DNA from: Bdellovibrionota bacterium
GTDB taxonomy: Bacteria > Bdellovibrionota_C > UBA2361 > JBIKUX01
Direction of reading: 5' to 3'
DNA length: 64,000 bases
NCBI GenBank assembly: GCA_044347345.1
Contig: JBIKUX010000006.1
Span: 32,001 to 96,000, forward strand
The position numbers and the translations under genes are program-made. Each line of letters begins with the position of its first letter. The stretch's first letter is position 1. Of the stretch, positions 19,026 through 29,035 are shown piece by piece. The notes beneath the pieces were generated by a model. It ran no database searches. It was not told the DNA's origin and was given only the letters and a program-made list of their open reading frames with translations.

Positions 19026-20300
19026 TTATACTGTTTCTAAAAGCTCTGAGCAAAGAGCTTGAATAGTACGACCGGTAGCGCCAATATGATTTTGAAAAGT
19101 CTGGTATCCTTGTTCGCCGATATTTTTAAGTGCTTCTGGACATTCGACAAGTTTTCTTAGAACTTCAGTTGCTCCTAATTGATTGGTGATTTCAATTATT
19201 CCGTTGGTTTTTTTGAGATCTGATACAATCTCCCCAACAGTGAATGAATGAGGACCCATTACTACTGGCACTCGATAAGCCGCTGCCTCTAATGGATTGT
19301 GGCCACCAATCGGTACTAATGAAGCTCCTATAAATACGAGTGATGAGTAGGAATAAACTCGCTCAAGTTCACCAAATGTATCAAGTAATACAATACGCTC
19401 ATTGTCGTTAGCAGGGCGCTTTTCAGCTTTAAGAGTGGTAAATCTGACGGCAGAAAGACCAGCATTACTGAGAGCATTTTCAAAATACTCAAACTTTTCT
19501 TTATGACGCGGCGCTACAATAAGTTGAAGATCGTGATATTTAGACATAATTTCACGAATCGGATCAAACCAAATTTTCTCCTCCTGTGGTCTTATGCTAC
19601 CTAGGGTAATAATGCTTTTGGGAGTACTAAATATAGTATGAGCGTATACTGTAGCCTCCTCTTTAGATGTTATTGATGGTTTACGATCGTACTTTGTGTT
19701 TCCGGTGATGATTATGCGATTATTTGGAATGCCAAGGTTTGCATATCTATCCTTTGATGCTCTGTCGATCACACAAGCTAGAGATATAGCTTTAACTACA
19801 TCCCTTAAAAAAGGAGCTAGAACTCGATAACGGTTAACTGTTGTATCGGAAATTCGGCCATTAATAATAAGCACCTTACCTCCTTGATTTTTTACGAATC
19901 TTATCAGTTCAGGCCAAAGCTCTGTTTCACAAATAATAAGAAGTTTAATAGTAGAATTTTTTAATGCTTGTTTTAAAAATTTTTTGCTATCAAAAGGAAG
20001 AAACGCTGAACCATCGAATAATTCTTTTCCAATTTTTTCTGCATAGTTTGAAACACTTGTGTGAAGAAAAAAGCTGGATGGAAACTTTGACTTAAAGAAG
20101 GGTAAAAGCTCCGCCACTGATTGAGTTTCTCCGAGGGAGGCTCCATGAAACCAAACAATTGACTGATTAGTTGGTAAGCTGAATGGCCAGAAACCATACC
20201 TCTCCTTGAGTCGGTATCTTCCTCTTGAAGAAGCAAAAAAAAATGGATAGGAAAGATAACCGAGAGCTAGCATTAAGAAGCGGTAAGAAAGTGTTCCCAT
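19026..20300 (-). CDS. waaA: 3-deoxy-D-manno-octulosonic acid (Kdo) transferase
   Basis: WFHGASLGE, ETELWP, NGRIS, GNTKYD, APRH, GGHNPLEAA. Confidence 0.95.
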   Translation of the reverse strand: MGTLSYRFLMLALGYLSYPFFFASSRGRYRLKERYGFWPFSLPTNQSIVWFHGASLGETQSVAELLPFFKSKFPSSFFLHTSVSNYAEKIGKELFDGSAFLPFDSKKFLKQALKNSTIKLLIICETELWPELIRFVKNQGGKVLIINGRISDTTVNRYRVLAPFLRDVVKAISLACVIDRASKDRYANLGIPNNRIIITGNTKYDRKPSITSKEEATVYAHTIFSTPKSIITLGSIRPQEEKIWFDPIREIMSKYHDLQLIVAPRHKEKFEYFENALSNAGLSAVRFTTLKAEKRPANDNERIVLLDTFGELERVYSYSSLVFIGASLVPIGGHNPLEAAAYRVPVVMGPHSFTVGEIVSDLKKTNGIIEITNQLGATEVLRKLVECPEALKNIGEQGYQTFQNHIGATGRTIQALCSELLETV

Positions 20301-20327
20301 AAAATTTTCAATACTATCGATACTTTT

Positions 20328-23300
20328 CTAGCTGTACTTTTGATCTGGATTGTCGTTATGGTTTCCAGCATCCTCTGGGAATGTAATATCAATTTCATTT
20401 GTAATCTTTTTACAAGAATTGTCGACAGAGGAGCTACCATCGAGAGACGAACTAACGAGAGATGCGCTAAATTGTAGCTCGTAGAGACGTTTGTACTCGC
20501 CGTCTTTATCCATTAATTCGTCATGTGTTCCTATTTCAACTACTACTCCATCTTTTAAAACAAAAATTCTATTGGCTGAGCGGATTGTTGAGAGACGATG
20601 AGCTATCACAAGAGTTGTTCTGCCCTTTTCAAGAACCTCTAAGGCTTTTTGAACCTCACGTTCGGAACTATTATCAAGAGATGCTGTTGCTTCATCTAGT
20701 ATCAGAATCGGAGATTTACTAATTAAAGCTCGTGCTATAGCGATTCTTTGTCTCTCGCCGCCTGATAAGGTCATTCCACTTTCACCAATAATTGTAAAGA
20801 AACCTAGAGGAAGCTGCTTTATAAATTGATAAGCATAAGCAAGTCGGGCAGCATTCTCTACGTCCTCGAGGGTCGCATCTCTTCTGCCATATCTTATGTT
20901 TTCAAAGATAGAATCCTGAAACAAAAATGTGTGCTGGCTTACCATAGCTATTCTCGAGCGAAGCTCAGAGAGAGAAAGTTTTCTTATATCAATTCCTCCA
21001 AGAAGCAATCGACCCTGAGTTGGATCGATAAAGCGCGGGATTAGATCGACAAGTGTTGATTTCCCTGATCCAGATAGACCAACAAGTGCAATTTTTTCTC
21101 CCTCTTCGATGGACATTGTGACATTGGTAAGGGCTCCTCGGGAGGAAGAACGACTATATGAGAAAGAGATATTTTCAAAAGAAATGCAGTTTGTTTTCGG
21201 CATGGAAACTGGATTTTCTGGTGAAGCTATAGTTACTTGAGCATCGAGCACTTCGAAAATACGATGACTGCCCGCTATGCCTTGTTGTAGTGCACCTGTA
21301 ACTCGACTAAGCTTTTTAAAGGGATCGTACATTAAAAAGACTGCTAGTAAAAAAGCTATAAAGTCACCCTGCGTTCTGCTGCCGGAGATAACTGTAGTAC
21401 CTCCATAGAAGATAATTGTACCAATTGCTATACTAGCTAGCACTTCGTTAATTGGTCCTACAAGAGCTCTAACTTTTTCTGACCGAATTAAGGTTCGAGT
21501 AAGAGAGGAGTTAGCTTGCCGAAAACGTGATTGTTCGTAGTCTTCTGCTGTGAATAATTTTACTATTTTATTGCCGTGAATAGCTTCGCTAAAAAGAGAG
21601 GACAGAGATCCTATAGCTTCCTGACCTTTTCTTGACAGCCTTCTCATCTTCTTTCCAAATGAACTGACTGGAATAATGCCAAGAGGGAATACAATCACTG
21701 CAATAAAAGCGAGAAATGGATCGAGAAAGAAAGCAGCAAAAGTGAGAGCAATTATTCTAACAATATCTCGAAGAATTGCTGATGTAGAATCCGTTAGAAG
21801 CGTGCGCACTAATTGAACATCTGCAGTAGCTCTAGCCAATAAGTCGCCACTGGATTTATCAGAAAAAAAACTCGGACTTAGTAATAATAATTTTTGGTGT
21901 AGTTTGTTTCTAAGGTCTTCAACGACTCGGTGCCCTACTGAATTTTGTAGATATTGTTGGCCAAAATCAACGAAGGCTCGAAAAAAACTAATGCTTACCA
22001 AAATAATTGGAAAAATTAGTAAAACATCTCTTTGTCCATTTGTTAAAACCTTATCTAAAGCAAATTTAACAATAAACGGAACCGCTCCATCTGTTGCCCC
22101 GTAGCATACCATACATAATATAGCTAAAATAAATCTGCGCTTGTGTGGTCTTAACAGTTCTAATAAGCGACGGTTCTCAGTGATTAACGGTGGTTTCGTG
22201 GCGGCAAGTTTTAGCGCAGTTTTAGCTACTCGAAGGGCTGCATCCTCTTTTGACTCATTAGAGGTTTCATTAGCTGAGAGATATGAAAGAAGATTTTCGC
22301 TTTTATCCCTTTCATCGTAGCTAGATAATTGTTTGCGGATTAGAGCTAAATTATCTTCGATCTGCTTTCGGTAAGCATTATCTGTAAGTAATCTGTCTAC
22401 TTCATCTGCAACATTACTGACCGTAAAATCATCTTGTAGAAGTTCTCGAATAGTATTTGGTATAAGTATGTTTACTATGGAGAATTGCTTAAGTGGAGAG
22501 AGTTTTCTTATGATTGTTGCTGAAATTGGATGAACTGCATAGACCATCGCAAAAGGAAGGCCCGCATAGGCGGCTTCAAGGTTGCATGTACCTGACTTTA
22601 AAATACCGATATCGCTACCGAACAAAACCGTTTTTGTATCTCCTTGCCAAACTATACACCAGTCTAAATGAGGACGAATTAATTCGTAGGTACCGGCGAT
22701 TAAGTGGGAAGGAATGGGTATCACTGCTGTAATTGGTTTACCTCTTTTTCTGGCTTCTAAGAGGCCGTTAATTAATATTGGTAAATTCGCGGTAACTTCC
22801 TGAGAACGGCTACCAGGGAAAATTGATACAACATTGTCGGATGAGGGGATTGCTAAAGTGCGCCGAAGTTCTGAGCTAATTTTTGTTCGCGTAGATGCTA
22901 CGTCATTAGGAAACTTATCCTTAAAAGGGTGCCCTACATAAGAAGTTCGGTAAAACCCATGTTTTGCTAAAAATTCCTTTTCAAAAGGAAATATAGTAGC
23001 TACATGATGAACGTAGCGGTCGAGAGCACGGACTCGGCTTGGACGAGAAGCCCATAACTTTGGCGGTACATAATATAATACCGGTATTTTTAAATCTCGA
23101 GCTTTTTTTGCAACACGCAGATTAAAAGTTGGAAAATCAATCAAAATAATTACATCTGGTCGCCATGTTCGTAGAGTTTTTGTAATCGTAGAGAACGCCG
23201 TAAGAAGTTGTTTACCAGAGCGGATTACTTCAATAATCCCCATCACCGCACCAGCAGATTCTGAATCAACTACTATATTAATTCCTTGAGCCTTTGAATA

Positions 23301-23561
23301 GCGTCCTCCCATTCCTTTTATTTCGGCGTGCGGCACTAGGCTAAAAATAGCTTGGGCTAACTCTGCTGCTCTTTGGTCTCCTGAAACCTCTCCGGCAATA
23401 ATAAATATCTTAGGTCGGTCACACGCTGAATCTACTGTTTTAGCTAATACAGAATTTTCATCGACAGCTAATCCATCTTTAGCTAAAGGGATTGCGTTAT
23501 TTGTTACACCTGTCTTTGATGTTACTGAGTTTGTCATGCTGATATTTGGCATAAATTTCAA
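20328..23561 (-). CDS. lpxB-msbA: Fused lipid-A disaccharide synthase (LpxB) and lipid A flippase (MsbA)
   Basis: LpxB motifs AGEVSGD, IDFPTFN, YVPPKLWA, FPFE, VGHP, PGSR, SGT; then ABC TM domain and NBD GLSGSGKST, LSGGERQR, LDEATASLD, IAHRLST in one 1077-aa frame. Confidence 0.92.
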   Translation of the reverse strand: MKFMPNISMTNSVTSKTGVTNNAIPLAKDGLAVDENSVLAKTVDSACDRPKIFIIAGEVSGDQRAAELAQAIFSLVPHAEIKGMGGRYSKAQGINIVVDSESAGAVMGIIEVIRSGKQLLTAFSTITKTLRTWRPDVIILIDFPTFNLRVAKKARDLKIPVLYYVPPKLWASRPSRVRALDRYVHHVATIFPFEKEFLAKHGFYRTSYVGHPFKDKFPNDVASTRTKISSELRRTLAIPSSDNVVSIFPGSRSQEVTANLPILINGLLEARKRGKPITAVIPIPSHLIAGTYELIRPHLDWCIVWQGDTKTVLFGSDIGILKSGTCNLEAAYAGLPFAMVYAVHPISATIIRKLSPLKQFSIVNILIPNTIRELLQDDFTVSNVADEVDRLLTDNAYRKQIEDNLALIRKQLSSYDERDKSENLLSYLSANETSNESKEDAALRVAKTALKLAATKPPLITENRRLLELLRPHKRRFILAILCMVCYGATDGAVPFIVKFALDKVLTNGQRDVLLIFPIILVSISFFRAFVDFGQQYLQNSVGHRVVEDLRNKLHQKLLLLSPSFFSDKSSGDLLARATADVQLVRTLLTDSTSAILRDIVRIIALTFAAFFLDPFLAFIAVIVFPLGIIPVSSFGKKMRRLSRKGQEAIGSLSSLFSEAIHGNKIVKLFTAEDYEQSRFRQANSSLTRTLIRSEKVRALVGPINEVLASIAIGTIIFYGGTTVISGSRTQGDFIAFLLAVFLMYDPFKKLSRVTGALQQGIAGSHRIFEVLDAQVTIASPENPVSMPKTNCISFENISFSYSRSSSRGALTNVTMSIEEGEKIALVGLSGSGKSTLVDLIPRFIDPTQGRLLLGGIDIRKLSLSELRSRIAMVSQHTFLFQDSIFENIRYGRRDATLEDVENAARLAYAYQFIKQLPLGFFTIIGESGMTLSGGERQRIAIARALISKSPILILDEATASLDNSSEREVQKALEVLEKGRTTLVIAHRLSTIRSANRIFVLKDGVVVEIGTHDELMDKDGEYKRLYELQFSASLVSSSLDGSSSVDNSCKKITNEIDITFPEDAGNHNDNPDQKYS

Positions 23562-23801
23562 ATTGAGTACTATTCCCGCAATAATAGCATTATTAAAACA
23601 ATTCTACGACCTGTGACGAGGATACTTTTTGCTTGTGAATGATCTTTCTTGAAAGAGTAAAAAACCTTATTTTTTTGCAGGTTTTATGCTATTTTAAGGA
23701 TGGTAATAGGAATGCTAAGAATGGGTTAAATAGTTTTTTAGCTCACTAAAAAGGGTGTTTAAGTCTGCTCTTAGTTTTTCCTATTTTATAGAGGAGGTAG
23801 T

Positions 23802-24080
23802 ATGAAAACTAATTTACTCGTTTCCAGTGGTATTGTTCGCGCTACGTTAATAACTAGCATAAGTGTAGCGATGATTGGATGTGCTTCAGTAGGTGAAGTT
23901 CGTTCCTTGCGAGATGAGGTTAGGGGTTTGCGTTCAGCACACTCAGAAATATCTCAGGAAGCTCGCAGAGCTGGTGACGCAGCTGAAAAGGCTGAGTTAC
24001 AAGCTAAAGAGGCTAACGAAAGGTCTGTCCGTACTGAAGAAATGCTCAATCGGAGCTTTCAAAGGAGGATGTATAAGTAA
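23802..24080 (+). CDS. Lpp/OprI-like alanine-zipper lipoprotein
   Basis: GAGGAGG SD; lipobox MIGC; Ala-rich coiled coil; ends ...ANERSVRTEEMLNRSFQRRMYK with terminal Lys. Confidence 0.8.
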   Translation: MKTNLLVSSGIVRATLITSISVAMIGCASVGEVRSLRDEVRGLRSAHSEISQEARRAGDAAEKAELQAKEANERSVRTEEMLNRSFQRRMYK

Positions 24081-25182
24081 CACTAACTGATTCAGGAATG
24101 CCGTTAGCGTGGCTGATTAGTCTATCGATTTCTTTGCGAGAAGTTGGAGAAAAACCGCGAGATTGTAGAAGTTGATAAATTTTGTTTGTTTTAACCAATT
24201 TGTTAAAGGTTAAAGTTGAACTTTGTACCTGACTTGAACCTGACAGCGTTGAGTCTCGGGGCTGTTCACGTTGAAAATGATGTGATTGATTAACTGGTTG
24301 GTGAGTGATGTTGGGAAAGTTAGAATCGTCCTGTGATAAATCAGGATGAATTTCGACAAATACGGAGTTATGTCGCTCACCAACCTTGATTTGTTCGTCA
24401 ATAATTGTAACTTTTGTTCCTAGAGTTACCACAGCGAATAATTGGGCTATATCCTCAGGATACATTCGGATGCAGCCGTGAGTAACTAAAAGACCGATAC
24501 CCATGGCTTTCTCAAGATTAGTTCCGTGAATAAGATAAGTGCTGTTACTTAGTCGTAAAGCAAATTGTCCAAGGGGGTTGTTGGGTGAACCGCCCTTAAT
24601 GATAGTGGGGAGCGTATATCCGCCGGCAAGTGCTTCACGGTGAAGTGAGGGCGGAGGAATCCAATCTGGATGAACTATCTTTTCGGTTATTATTTTAACC
24701 CCCAGCGGTGTCTCCCAACCTTCTCTACCGAGGCTAACCGGAAAAGTCATTACATCTGTAGAATCATCACCTTTTGGAAAATAATACAAGCGCATTTCAG
24801 CTCTGTTAAGTATTATGCCGGTGCGTGGTCCAGGGGGTAGAACATACATTTGCGGGATTTTAACCTTAGTTCCGTCACCAGGAAGCCATACCGAAATATT
24901 TGGATTAGCCTGTACAATCTGTTTAAATCCAAGATCGTATCTGCGAGCTATGACTGGTAATGTATCTTCCTTGGATGCTGTAATAAAAAATTTATTACCA
25001 ATGACGGATTCCTTAGGTGAATTTAAGTTAAAAGTTTCAGCAAGGGCAAATTTTTTACTATTATCCGAAATCAAATTAATGCTGATTAATATTGCCAAAA
25101 CCACTAAACTGACTCGTAGTATGTGATTAATTAATAATATTACCGTTAGATTACTTAATAGATTCTTCATTAGTTTTTTCAT
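24046..25182 (-). CDS. L,D-transpeptidase (ErfK/YbiS/YcfS family) with LysM-like domain
   Basis: DTLPVIARRY, QANP, RLYYFP, TPLG, NPLG, YLIHGT, THGCIRM. Confidence 0.93.
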   Translation of the reverse strand: MKKLMKNLLSNLTVILLINHILRVSLVVLAILISINLISDNSKKFALAETFNLNSPKESVIGNKFFITASKEDTLPVIARRYDLGFKQIVQANPNISVWLPGDGTKVKIPQMYVLPPGPRTGIILNRAEMRLYYFPKGDDSTDVMTFPVSLGREGWETPLGVKIITEKIVHPDWIPPPSLHREALAGGYTLPTIIKGGSPNNPLGQFALRLSNSTYLIHGTNLEKAMGIGLLVTHGCIRMYPEDIAQLFAVVTLGTKVTIIDEQIKVGERHNSVFVEIHPDLSQDDSNFPNITHQPVNQSHHFQREQPRDSTLSGSSQVQSSTLTFNKLVKTNKIYQLLQSRGFSPTSRKEIDRLISHANGIPESVSVTYTSSFESSD

Positions 25183-26431
25183 CTAATGCGGAGGAATACT
25201 CGAGCTTTATGTTAAGTAGTGAGCTATACAAAGAGATAAGTGTCTCTCGAAAAGCTCTTTGAGAGTATTTATTGTCCGCCAAATTTTTTGCAGCTTCGCC
25301 AAGAGCTTTGCACCGCACTGGATTATTAAGGAGCGAGTTTATTCCCTCAGCAAGTGCATGTGAACTAACTTCGGTCAAAACTGCTGATTGATTGTCGATT
25401 ATTTGCAAGTGACTTTCAATAGCTGTGGCTATAATTGGTTTGCCGGCGGCTAGATAAGAATAAAGTTTCATAGGTGTGTTGGTACCGTAGCGTCTTGGAG
25501 ATACTAAAATATCGGCTTGAGCTAGGAGATATGGAAGTTCTGGTAAAGGCCGTGGTCCTAAGAGATGAATTTTATTTTGTGCATCTGATGGTAAGGATCT
25601 AATTAAATTCTTTGTTCGTTCTATGTCAGCCAAAGTTCCGCCGATAAGGACTAAATGGGCATTTTCGTTGATGTTTTGCCACGCTTGGACAAGTAAATCA
25701 GTGCCTTGGTATGGCTCAAAATTTCCTACATATAATACAATCATAGAATCGGCAGGAGCCTGAATTAAAGATTGAATATTAGGATGATTGTTATTTTGTG
25801 AGTTATTGGACGGAATAGCAAAATCACGAAGTATAACTACTTTTGGTGTATTAGCCGAATAGGCTACTTTTGCCAATGAATCACATACTGCAATAGTGGC
25901 TAGAGAGTCACACATTATCTGACTTTCTATTCGCTTGAGTATTTGCTCTCCCGGACCTACCCACCACCACTTAGCGCGCACAAGTTCAGATAAATGCGAG
26001 TCCATATCGTAAATGTAAGGTATTTTAAATAGACGCATGAGTATCCAGCCTATACCCGCTGCTTCCTCAACCCCGTGTACGAGGGTATAGGGAAAATTAC
26101 TTGCTTTGTTTTGCCGCATAAGTTGTACAGCAGCTTTAAGGAGATAGAGGTCAGCAACACATTTTTTTATTGAGACACCTGGTCTCATATTCTTGAGGAA
26201 ATTGCTCACAACTGAAGGAGGTTTTATTCGATGAATTATTAATCTTGGATGAAAAATAGGCTCACCCTCTGCTACTGTTAGTATGTCAATGTAAAGTGTT
26301 GGAAAGCAGGCTAGTAACTCCTCAACAAGTTGCTTTACTGCGATAGGAGTACCGCGCTCAGTATAAAAGGGCTGAGGCGCAATTAGAAGAATCCGTCTTC
26401 TGCTGAGGGTATCTTTAAGGCCATTTATCAT
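25151..26431 (-). CDS. Glycosyltransferase family 4
   Basis: PQPFYTERGTPI, YVGNFEPYQG, GTNTPMKLYSYLAAGKPI; ATG 26431 preferred. Confidence 0.88.
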   Translation of the reverse strand: MINGLKDTLSRRRILLIAPQPFYTERGTPIAVKQLVEELLACFPTLYIDILTVAEGEPIFHPRLIIHRIKPPSVVSNFLKNMRPGVSIKKCVADLYLLKAAVQLMRQNKASNFPYTLVHGVEEAAGIGWILMRLFKIPYIYDMDSHLSELVRAKWWWVGPGEQILKRIESQIMCDSLATIAVCDSLAKVAYSANTPKVVILRDFAIPSNNSQNNNHPNIQSLIQAPADSMIVLYVGNFEPYQGTDLLVQAWQNINENAHLVLIGGTLADIERTKNLIRSLPSDAQNKIHLLGPRPLPELPYLLAQADILVSPRRYGTNTPMKLYSYLAAGKPIIATAIESHLQIIDNQSAVLTEVSSHALAEGINSLLNNPVRCKALGEAAKNLADNKYSQRAFRETLISLYSSLLNIKLEYSSALDEKTNEESIK

Positions 26432-26538
26432 CTGTTTAGTAAGCGACTCTATATACACTGGTTTGGGCAGTATCAGCGAGTATGTTACTGTTAGCAAAGT
26501 TTGTCATTGTTTAAGTTAATTCTTTATGAGGTGATACC

Positions 26539-27291
26539 TTGCTTGAGGCTCCTGATATTCATAGTGGAAGTATTGAGTATGCTTCTCGTTTTTCTGGCTT
26601 AGTTGGAGCTTGGATGCTTGACGTTCAGTGGCACGCTATTAACAAGCTTATTGCTCTAACGGTGCCCCCGCCTGGACCAGTTTTAGATATAGGAGGAGGT
26701 CACGGCCAGCTTGCTATGCGCTTAGCTAAAGCAGGATATGATGTCACAGTTTTAGTTTCTAACTTTTCAGCATGGGAGAACTTAAGACAAGAAATAAACG
26801 GCTTGGAATCAGAAGCTGATAAGCTGGCCTCTGAGCGGCTAACCATAGTTGAAGGATTAATTCATCGACCCAGCGAACTCTTTTCTCCTGACTCGTATCC
26901 TTTAGTTTTAGCCGTACGAATATTATCTCATTTAGAGCAATGGGAGACCTTTCTAAAAGAGATGTGTTTGGTGGCAAGAAAACAAGTAGTTTTTGATTAT
27001 CCGTCGAACATGAGCATAAATCTTCTCAAAGAAATGTTATTTACAATGAAAAAAAGAGTTGAGGGTAACACTCGAAGTTTTTTGGTATTTGACGATAATG
27101 AAATTGAAAAAGCCATTAAAAGTTCTAATTACACTATAGCCAAAAAGTATCGGCAGTTTTTTTTGCCTATGGCGCTTCATCGTTTCATTCAAGTGTCTGA
27201 AGTAAGTAAAACCCTAGAAAAAATTGCCCATTCGGTAGGTATTACGCCACTTTTCGGTTCTCCAGTGGTGCTTTCTGCTGTTGCAAGTTAG
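26539..27291 (+). CDS. Class I SAM-dependent methyltransferase
   Basis: VLDIGGGHGQ motif I; GAGGTG SD before TTG. Confidence 0.85.
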   Translation: MLEAPDIHSGSIEYASRFSGLVGAWMLDVQWHAINKLIALTVPPPGPVLDIGGGHGQLAMRLAKAGYDVTVLVSNFSAWENLRQEINGLESEADKLASERLTIVEGLIHRPSELFSPDSYPLVLAVRILSHLEQWETFLKEMCLVARKQVVFDYPSNMSINLLKEMLFTMKKRVEGNTRSFLVFDDNEIEKAIKSSNYTIAKKYRQFFLPMALHRFIQVSEVSKTLEKIAHSVGITPLFGSPVVLSAVAS

Positions 27292-27327
27292 ACTTATGGT
27301 TAAAAACTACGCTGGAGGTATCAATAT

Positions 27328-27780
27328 ATGAATAAAACTTATGTTTGTCGGCAGTTATTTACAGTCTTTGTTTTCAGTGTAGCCTTAAGTGCTTGTACCG
27401 CTAGTCAGAACCCATTTGTAGCATCTAGTCGCCCGAGTTTGTATCCTAATGAGCACCTTCAAAAAGTGGGAATGCAGCGAGCAAATGCTGATATTGACGA
27501 ATGTATGGCACTAGCTGACCAATATGCAGAGCAGCCTTCTCAGTGGCAAGAGGCATTAAAAAGTTCAGCCAAAGGAGCTGTTGCTGGAACTGCGGTTGGA
27601 GCTGTGGGTGGTTCAGTATTTAGTAAAGCGGGTAGAGGTGCTGGTGCTGGTGCTGCTGTAGGAGGTATGTTAGGACTCTTAAGTGAATTAAATAATATGG
27701 GCAATAGAACTCCTTCTTATGAAAGATTTACGGAATACTGCTTACAAAAGAAAGGTTATGAAATCACTGGTTGGAGGTAG
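27328..27780 (+). CDS. Glycine-zipper lipoprotein
   Basis: Lipobox LSAC; GAVAGTAVGAVGG...GAGAGAAVGG; Cys pair ECMAL / YCLQKKGY. Confidence 0.85.
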   Translation: MNKTYVCRQLFTVFVFSVALSACTASQNPFVASSRPSLYPNEHLQKVGMQRANADIDECMALADQYAEQPSQWQEALKSSAKGAVAGTAVGAVGGSVFSKAGRGAGAGAAVGGMLGLLSELNNMGNRTPSYERFTEYCLQKKGYEITGWR

Positions 27781-27795
27781 TTTAATCAGGATAGG

Positions 27796-28884
27796 TTATT
27801 TTAAGACAGATAAATCTAGCAAAATTCCTTGATGGTCAGAACCTTCAATAGGTACCACTGAAAACTCATATTCAATGGTACCTTTCTTAAATCCATGTAT
27901 AAGTGCGTGATCAATAGGAAGCATAGATAAAATTGTTAAACCGCTTTTTGTTGTAAATGGCGACCAAGTTGGCTTAAGGCCGTAACCTATTCGAGTATCC
28001 TGAAATTGCGAATTATGAATAAAGCGTTTAAAGGATGGGGTCCAGATTGGAGTGTTAAAGTCACCAATTGCAATGGTGGGCCGGTTTTTAGATTTAACGT
28101 AGTTTGCTAAATAATCAAGATGAAGTTGTCGGTTTTTCCAGCCTGAGTAAGTGATGGGGTTTTTAGTATGAAGCCCTAGAAGATGAATGTTGACTCCGTT
28201 CATCGTAAGTAGTGCCTCTACCATAGGAGGCAAAGTTTTTTCTAAAGTGATTATTCTTGAATAATTTACAAAAATGTTTTCTTCTTTACAAAATAATCCA
28301 ATACCGTATCCATTTACAATGCTTCGACGAGTGACCAGCTTTTTATGCTGAGGTAGAAATTTTTTGATGGCATCAGTCCATTTTTTGTTTAACTCCATAG
28401 CAACAAAACAATCGGGATTTAATTCAGCTATTTGACCAGTCACCGTGCGATAGGCTGTATTTGGTCTGAGAAGATTAGTAGATAAGAGTCGCAGTGGCTT
28501 TGCAATTTTTACGGGCGTCGTTTCACTCTTTAAACTTGTAAATTTTATTCTACTTAAGGCGTTTGCAGATGTTGGTATGTAAGGGCTAATTTGAATTAAA
28601 CAAATAACAATTGTTAAGCAATATAGAAGAACAGATATAGGTGATATTTTTGTACGCCTTTGTGGTAGAACACAGAAAAACATTACGCATAATGACAGAG
28701 GAATGAAAAATGGATAAAAATTAGCTAACAGTTCGCTTAAAAAAGTAATAGGCGTAATTAACGGAAAGAGAGAACTTAAAAATAGGGTCCATGCTGATAT
28801 TGAGATTAAGTTGGATTTTCTAAACGAAGCATGAAATGCTAGCTGCTTTGTGAATGATAAAAGTCTTATAATTTTAGTGCTCAA
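27796..28884 (-). CDS. Membrane-anchored endonuclease/exonuclease/phosphatase (EEP) family protein
   Basis: STNL, AME, IGDFNTP, PIDHAL, GSDH; N-terminal TM helices. Confidence 0.88.
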   Translation of the reverse strand: MSTKIIRLLSFTKQLAFHASFRKSNLISISAWTLFLSSLFPLITPITFLSELLANFYPFFIPLSLCVMFFCVLPQRRTKISPISVLLYCLTIVICLIQISPYIPTSANALSRIKFTSLKSETTPVKIAKPLRLLSTNLLRPNTAYRTVTGQIAELNPDCFVAMELNKKWTDAIKKFLPQHKKLVTRRSIVNGYGIGLFCKEENIFVNYSRIITLEKTLPPMVEALLTMNGVNIHLLGLHTKNPITYSGWKNRQLHLDYLANYVKSKNRPTIAIGDFNTPIWTPSFKRFIHNSQFQDTRIGYGLKPTWSPFTTKSGLTILSMLPIDHALIHGFKKGTIEYEFSVVPIEGSDHQGILLDLSVLK

Positions 28885-29035
28885 GTTATCTGTACATTAT
28901 AAACATTAGCCTTCTAAGTAACCTTTTACAATTACGACTACAATCAAGGCTACAGGTAAAAATGAAACAAAAATCAAAAATAGCTTCAAAAATATATTGT
29001 ATTGTAGGATTCTTAGTAAGGTAAATTAAATTGAT

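Noticed and set aside
23659-23686. AAAACCT...AGGTTTT inverted repeat in a divergent promoter region
   Set aside because: Low-complexity, AT-rich and single; cannot be assigned to a regulator
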